A stretch of 64,000 nucleotides of DNA from Candidatus Aceula meridiana (lineage in GTDB: Bacteria > Omnitrophota > Gorgyraeia > Zapsychrales > Aceulaceae). The stretch covers positions 46,132 through 110,131 of the forward strand of contig JAVCDE010000027.1 in NCBI GenBank assembly GCA_030765185.1, given 5' to 3'. A model generated the notes under the pieces. That model did no database searches, was not told the DNA's origin, and was given only the letters and a program-made list of their open reading frames with translations. Shown piece by piece: positions 58,837-64,000 of the stretch. Numbering within the stretch: the stretch's first letter is position 1; each line of letters begins with the position of its first letter. Made by a program: the position numbers and the translations under genes.

Positions 58837-60063
58837 ATGAAAAAGAAAATTATTGTTCAGAAATTTGGCGGCTCATCTGTTGCCAACATTGATCGCATTA
58901 AAGAAGTTGCCAAGCGCATCGCGAGTTACAAGCGACATCGCCAAGATGTTGCTGTAGTCGTTTCTGCTTTGGGAGACACCACCGATAAGCTCGAGGAATT
59001 AGCATTTTCGATTGATGCACATCCACCGGAACGTGAAATGGATATGCTCATGTCCACTGGCGAACAGATTTCCTGTGCACTTTTAGCCATGGCTGTTAAA
59101 AAACTTGGATTTGATGCAGTTTCTTTTACCGGCGCTCAAGTTGGTATCCGCACAGATAAGGCACATACAAGGGCAAGAATTATCAAAATTGATGCACATC
59201 GCATCAAAAAGGCCTTTGCAGAAGATAAAATTGTTATCGTGGCCGGATTTCAGGGTGTCACGTCAGATGCTGAAATTACCACACTGGGACGCGGAGGATC
59301 AGACTTAACCGCTGTAGCTCTTGCCAAGGCGCTCGGTGCTAAGGTTTGCGAAATTTATACCGATGTTAAGGGAATCTATACAACCGATCCACGTATTGAA
59401 AAAAAGGCTAAAAAGCTTACAAAAATTACTTTTGAAGAAATGCTCGAAATGGCTGCTTTAGGTGCACAGGTTATGCAGACGCGATCTATCGAAGTAGCTA
59501 AGAAATATAATATTCCAATGCATGTCAGATCTAGTTTTTCTAAGGAGGAAGGAACCATGATTGTTCAAAAAAATGAAAAAATGGAAAGTGTCTCTGTAAG
59601 AGGCATCACATGTAACAAATCTGAAGCTAAGATTACAATCTGCAATGTTCCAGATAGGCCCGGCATTGCTGCAAGAATTTTTACAGAAATCTCTAAAGCT
59701 GAAGTCAGCGTTGATACCATTGTCCAAAACGTCAGCCATACGAGACAGACTGATATTTCTTTTACGGTTCCTAAAACTGAATTAACCAAAACGCTTAAAA
59801 CAATCCGCAATCTATCAGAAAAAATAAAAATTGGCGATGTCTCATCCGATAAAGATATCGCCCGGGTTTCTATCGTAGGCTCAGGTATGCGTTCACACAG
59901 AGGTGTGGCGGCAAAAATGTTCCAGACGCTTGCTGATAATAAAATTAATATCGAAATGATTACAACCTCTGAAATTAGCATTTCATGTATTATTAATCGT
60001 AAATCTTCTGATAAAGCGGTTAAAGTTTTGCACAAAAAGTTTAATTTAGAAAGGATCAATTGA
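58837..60063 (+). CDS. lysC: Aspartate kinase
   Basis: 408 aa (VQKFGGSSVAN, amino-acid kinase fold, two C-terminal ACT domains). Confidence 0.9.
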   Translation: MKKKIIVQKFGGSSVANIDRIKEVAKRIASYKRHRQDVAVVVSALGDTTDKLEELAFSIDAHPPEREMDMLMSTGEQISCALLAMAVKKLGFDAVSFTGAQVGIRTDKAHTRARIIKIDAHRIKKAFAEDKIVIVAGFQGVTSDAEITTLGRGGSDLTAVALAKALGAKVCEIYTDVKGIYTTDPRIEKKAKKLTKITFEEMLEMAALGAQVMQTRSIEVAKKYNIPMHVRSSFSKEEGTMIVQKNEKMESVSVRGITCNKSEAKITICNVPDRPGIAARIFTEISKAEVSVDTIVQNVSHTRQTDISFTVPKTELTKTLKTIRNLSEKIKIGDVSSDKDIARVSIVGSGMRSHRGVAAKMFQTLADNKINIEMITTSEISISCIINRKSSDKAVKVLHKKFNLERIN

Positions 60064-61634
60064 TCATGGCTAACGTCATCATATACGATACGACCCTTCG
60101 CGATGGATCGCAAACAGAAGGGGTGTCGTTTTCCGTTAATGACAAATTGCGCATCACAGAAAAACTTGATGAACTCGGCGTCCATTATGTTGAGGGCGGA
60201 TGGCCGGGCTCTAACCCTAAGGACAAAGAGTATTTCAAACAAGTTCAAAAAAAGAAATTAAAAAATACCGTTGTCGCGGCTTTTGGTTCGACTCGACGAT
60301 CCAAAATCACACCAGCGCAAGATATAAACTTGAGAGAACTCGTAAAGTCTCAGGCTAAAACCATTACAATTTTCGGAAAAAGCTGGGATTTTCACGTTAC
60401 TGATGTTCTAAAAACATCTCTGGAAGAAAACCTTGCGATGATTTCTGATTCTGTAAAATTTCTGAAAAAGAAAAAACGTGAAGTTTTTTACGATGCCGAA
60501 CATTTCTTTGATGCTTATAAGGCGAACCCTAGCTACGCCCTTAAAACAATTTTAGCGGCGCAATCAGCCGGTGCTGAGTATATCATTCTCTGTGACACAA
60601 ACGGAGGGTCACTCCCACAGGAAATTGAAAAAGCCATTAAAGAAATCAAACCAAAAATAAAGGTGCCTCTTGGCATCCATTGCCATAACGACTTAGCTCT
60701 TGCTGTGGCTAACAGCTTAGCTGCCGTGGAGTCTGGCTGCACACAAATCCAGGGAACATTTAACGGTTTAGGCGAACGTTGCGGTAATGCAGACCTAACA
60801 ACAATTATCGGAATCTTGCAAACCAAGACCAAGCACAAATCTATTCCGTCATCAAAGATCAAACACCTTACAGAGGCTGCTTATTTTTTAAGTGAGATGA
60901 GCAATTCGAAGCTTCCCGACAACCATGCATTTGTTGGTCACTCAGCTTTTGCGCATAAGGGAGGGGTGCACATTGATGCTATGTTAAAAAACTCTGCAGC
61001 TTATGAGCACCTTGATCCGAAAGTTGTGGGCAACCATAGACGGTTCCTTACATCAGAGCTCGCCGGAAAAATGCCTATCATTATGAAGGCAGAGGCAATG
61101 AACGTAAAACTTGATAAGAAATCTCCTCAGGCGAAAAAAATGCTCAAAAGCCTTCAGCTAAAAGAACAAAAGGGTTATCAATTTGAAGCAGCCGATGCCT
61201 CTTTTGAAATCTTCATGAAACGAGAACTTAAAAAATACCAGCCATTTTTTAAACTCGAAGGCTTTAAATCAACCGTTGAAAAGCGCCATGACGGAAAAGT
61301 TTTTGCGGAGGCATCGCTTCGCATCCGAGTCAAAGGCAAAGATGAGTTTAGCGCCTCAGACGGCGATGGTCCAGTTGACGCTTTAGATAAAGCACTGCGT
61401 AAAGTTTTAACAAAATTTTATCCAAATCTTGCCAAAATGCATTTAACCGACTACAAGGTTCGCGTGATTGACTCTAAATCAGCTACAGCAGCTAAGGTGC
61501 GCGTCTTAATCGAGTCGCAAGATGAAACCGATTCTTGGACAACCGTTGGAGTGCATGAAAACATAATCGAAGCAAGCTGGGAAGCTTTAAGAGACAGCAT
61601 CGAGTATAAACTTCTTAAGGACTTAAAAAAATAA
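60060..61634 (+). CDS. cimA: (R)-citramalate synthase (LeuA-family, CimA type)
   Basis: 524 aa. IYDTTLRDGSQTEGVSFSVNDKLRITEKLDELGVHYVEGGWPGSNPKD is the CimA-subfamily signature. C-terminal LeuA dimerisation/regulatory domain. Confidence 0.75.
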   Translation: MIMANVIIYDTTLRDGSQTEGVSFSVNDKLRITEKLDELGVHYVEGGWPGSNPKDKEYFKQVQKKKLKNTVVAAFGSTRRSKITPAQDINLRELVKSQAKTITIFGKSWDFHVTDVLKTSLEENLAMISDSVKFLKKKKREVFYDAEHFFDAYKANPSYALKTILAAQSAGAEYIILCDTNGGSLPQEIEKAIKEIKPKIKVPLGIHCHNDLALAVANSLAAVESGCTQIQGTFNGLGERCGNADLTTIIGILQTKTKHKSIPSSKIKHLTEAAYFLSEMSNSKLPDNHAFVGHSAFAHKGGVHIDAMLKNSAAYEHLDPKVVGNHRRFLTSELAGKMPIIMKAEAMNVKLDKKSPQAKKMLKSLQLKEQKGYQFEAADASFEIFMKRELKKYQPFFKLEGFKSTVEKRHDGKVFAEASLRIRVKGKDEFSASDGDGPVDALDKALRKVLTKFYPNLAKMHLTDYKVRVIDSKSATAAKVRVLIESQDETDSWTTVGVHENIIEASWEALRDSIEYKLLKDLKK

Positions 61635-61637
61635 TTC

Positions 61638-64000
61638 ATGGAAGAACTATCAAGCCGCTACCGACCTCAGGATGTTGAGGATAAATGGCGGCAGCATTGG
61701 GAGAAAAACAATCTTTTCCATGCTGTCGCCAATCCCAAAAAGAAACCCTATTCAGTTGTTATTCCACCACCGAATGTCACGGGAATTCTTCACATGGGCC
61801 ATGCCCTCAACAACACGCTTCAAGACATCCTCATCCGCTACAAACGCATGAAAGGCTTTGAAACGCTTTGGATGCCCGGGACAGACCATGCCGGCATTGC
61901 AACGCAGAACGTCGTTGAAAAGCAACTCGCTAAAGAAGGGAAAACCCGCCATGATGTTAGCCGTAAGAATTTCTTAGAAAGACTTTGGGCTTGGAAAAAA
62001 CAATACGGCGATACGATTATCCATCAGCTAAAAAAGTTGGGATCTTCCTGCGATTGGCAACGCACGCGATTTACCATGGACGATGGTTACAGCAAAGCTG
62101 TAAAAACCGTTTTTGTTAAACTCTACGAAAAAGGCTTGATCTATAGAGGAAAATATATTATCAATTGGTGTCCACGTTGCCACACAGCACTTTCCGATGA
62201 AGAAGCAGAACACCAAGACCATGAAGGCGCTTTGTATTACATACGCTATCCGCTTAAGGACAACCCTAAAGAGACAATCATTGTCGCCACAACCCGCCCG
62301 GAAACCATGCTCGGTGATACAGCAGTAGCCGTAAACCCAAAAGATAAAAGATACAAAAAGCTTATCGGCAAAACGATTGTGCTGCCTTTGATGGAACGCG
62401 AAATTCAAATTATTAGCGATGAATTTGTTGACCCCGCATTTGGAACCGGAGCTGTTAAAGTCACTCCGGCCCATGACCCAAATGACTTTGAGATGGGAAA
62501 ACGCCACAACCTGGAATTCATTAACATCTTCGGGCCTGATGCCGTCTTGAACGAAAACACGAAAGAATTTAACGGACTCGATCGTTTTAAAGGCAGAGAA
62601 ACTGTTATTAAAAAACTTAAAAATCTCGGACTCTTAGAAAAGATTGAAAAACATTCTCACGCCGTTGGCCATTGTTACCGCTGCGATACTATCGTCGAAC
62701 CATATCTTTCTAAACAATGGTTTGTCAAAATGGCTCCGTTAGCCAAGCCTGCTTTAGAAGTTGTCAAAAAGGGGGATATTAAATTTTATCCCGACCGCTG
62801 GACAAAAGTTTATTTGAATTGGATGGAAAATATCCGCGATTGGTGTATCTCGCGCCAAATCTGGTGGGGCCACCGCATTCCGGTGTGGTACTGCAAAAGT
62901 TGCGGAGAAGAAAAATTTATTGTCTCCCAAGAAGAGCCAAAGAATTGTCCGCACTGCAATGGAAAAGATCTTTCTCAAGATGAAGATGTTTTAGATACAT
63001 GGTTTTCATCATGGCTTTGGCCCTTTGCCACATTAGGCTGGCCGGACGAAGAAAAGGATGTTAAATATTTTTATCCGACATCAGCACTTTTTACTGCGCC
63101 TGAGATTATCTTTTTCTGGGTCGCACGCATGATTATGGCCGGATTAGAATTTCAAAAAAATATTCCGTTTACCGATGTCTACCTTCACGGAACAGTGCGC
63201 GATGCTAAAGGGCGAAAAATGTCAAAGTCCCTAGGCAATGCCATTGACCCATTAGAAATTATCGAAGAATACGGCGCAGACGCACTTCGTTTTAGCCTTA
63301 TTATGAACTCCGGACAGGATCTTTTCATTTCCAAAGAAAAATTTGAAATCGGCCGTAACTTTGCTAATAAGATTTGGAATGCCTCACGCCTCATTTTTAT
63401 GAACATAACGGAAGTTGATGGAAAAACGCTCTATAAAGAATTTGAACAATTGGACAAGAAAAAACTTTCTTTAGCAGAAAAATGGATCCTCTCAAGACTC
63501 CAAACAACAATCAAAAAAGTTGGAGAGGCTATCGAAAAATATCGATTCTCTGAGGCAGAAAACCTTATCTATGATTTTATCTGGAAAAACTTCTGCGATT
63601 GGTACCTTGAAATCGCTAAAAACGAATTAAAAGAAAAGAATGCCCAAGTTGTTACACTTTATGTTCTTGAGCAAACACTACGTATGATTCATCCTTTCTT
63701 GCCATTTTTGAGTGAAGAAATCTGGCAAAAAATCGACGCCGAGAACGGCTCGATTGTCACCCAGCCCTGGCCACAATATCAAAAAGAACTTGTTAGTCAA
63801 AAAATCGAAACTGAGCTTGATCAAATTATTGGCTTAATCAGTGCACTGCGCAATACACGCGCGCAATGGCGCATTGCCAATTCTGCAAAGATTGATTGCA
63901 TCTTGCAATCCTCAGAAGAAGGTGTTCTTAAAAATCTTGAAAAAGACAAAGACATGATATGCGCATTAGCACGTGTTGAAAACATCACCGTTCAAAAGAA
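61638..64000 (+). CDS. valS: Valine--tRNA ligase (3' end beyond the window)
   Basis: ATG at 61638. PPPNVTGILHMGHA (HIGH), class I editing domain and KMSKS. Open to the end of the window, about 787 codons visible. Absent from the ORF track because no stop lies inside the window. Confidence 0.93.
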   Translation, partial: MEELSSRYRPQDVEDKWRQHWEKNNLFHAVANPKKKPYSVVIPPPNVTGILHMGHALNNTLQDILIRYKRMKGFETLWMPGTDHAGIATQNVVEKQLAKEGKTRHDVSRKNFLERLWAWKKQYGDTIIHQLKKLGSSCDWQRTRFTMDDGYSKAVKTVFVKLYEKGLIYRGKYIINWCPRCHTALSDEEAEHQDHEGALYYIRYPLKDNPKETIIVATTRPETMLGDTAVAVNPKDKRYKKLIGKTIVLPLMEREIQIISDEFVDPAFGTGAVKVTPAHDPNDFEMGKRHNLEFINIFGPDAVLNENTKEFNGLDRFKGRETVIKKLKNLGLLEKIEKHSHAVGHCYRCDTIVEPYLSKQWFVKMAPLAKPALEVVKKGDIKFYPDRWTKVYLNWMENIRDWCISRQIWWGHRIPVWYCKSCGEEKFIVSQEEPKNCPHCNGKDLSQDEDVLDTWFSSWLWPFATLGWPDEEKDVKYFYPTSALFTAPEIIFFWVARMIMAGLEFQKNIPFTDVYLHGTVRDAKGRKMSKSLGNAIDPLEIIEEYGADALRFSLIMNSGQDLFISKEKFEIGRNFANKIWNASRLIFMNITEVDGKTLYKEFEQLDKKKLSLAEKWILSRLQTTIKKVGEAIEKYRFSEAENLIYDFIWKNFCDWYLEIAKNELKEKNAQVVTLYVLEQTLRMIHPFLPFLSEEIWQKIDAENGSIVTQPWPQYQKELVSQKIETELDQIIGLISALRNTRAQWRIANSAKIDCILQSSEEGVLKNLEKDKDMICALARVENITVQK

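Overview
This 64 kb window is a low-GC (about 38-40% by eye) bacterial chromosomal segment. Almost every gene is on the + strand, and most of them are core housekeeping genes.

- 1-9.2 kb: a complete type IV pilus / T2SS-like assembly operon. It starts with a PilM-PilN fusion that is truncated at the window start, then PilO, PilP, the secretin PilQ, the PilB ATPase, the PilC platform protein and five consecutive prepilin-like genes.
- 9.2-10.6 kb: a tRNA-Ala gene, then a further pilin-like gene whose C-terminal half is built from about 5.7 tandem 60-bp repeats encoding 4-Cys modules. It is closed by a strong bidirectional terminator.
- 10.6-36.5 kb: core genes, in order rsmE, recA (with a textbook TTGACA-17-TATAAT promoter), recX, alaS, hisDBHAFI, a trpE-like gene, rpsP, yajC, secDF, an N- and C-terminally minimal mfd, a surA-like PPIase, pdxA, rsmA, a minus-strand PilZ gene, an acyl-CoA thioesterase, gatCAB, ctp, a yibQ-like deacetylase and tsaD.
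- 36.5-45.2 kb: mgtC; a bactofilin with a fused C-terminal excisionase-type HTH; a second HTH protein with a TM anchor; tRNA(CAU); a secreted Lys-rich coiled-coil protein; a secreted SNase-like nuclease; tilS, ftsH, folP, cdaA with a 33-aa cdaR remnant, pdxJ and acpS.
- 45.1-52.6 kb: nnr, a DUF2079 (GT-C-like) membrane protein, a Zn-ribbon/SAM-methyltransferase/GT2 fusion, another Cys-rich pilin, a minus-strand PPi-type phosphofructokinase, a Thr-Tyr-Gly tRNA cluster and a GT2.
- 52.6-64 kb: a structured 275-bp intergenic element, gpsA, tRNA-Pro, a second PilZ gene, hom, thrC, a coaB-like gene, an archaeal-type PGM, lysC, cimA and the 5' part of valS.

The most interesting candidates are:
- a putative lipid-linked-sugar glycosylation module sitting next to a pilin gene;
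- the bactofilin-HTH fusion beside a tRNA;
- the repeat-bearing pilin-like surface protein;
- the truncated Mfd and the degenerate cdaR;
- the unassigned structured RNA-like region upstream of gpsA.

No CRISPR array, rRNA gene or obvious mobile element is present. Taxon cannot be assigned from sequence alone; the abundance of prepilin-like genes is reminiscent of pseudopilin-rich deep-branching lineages (inference).
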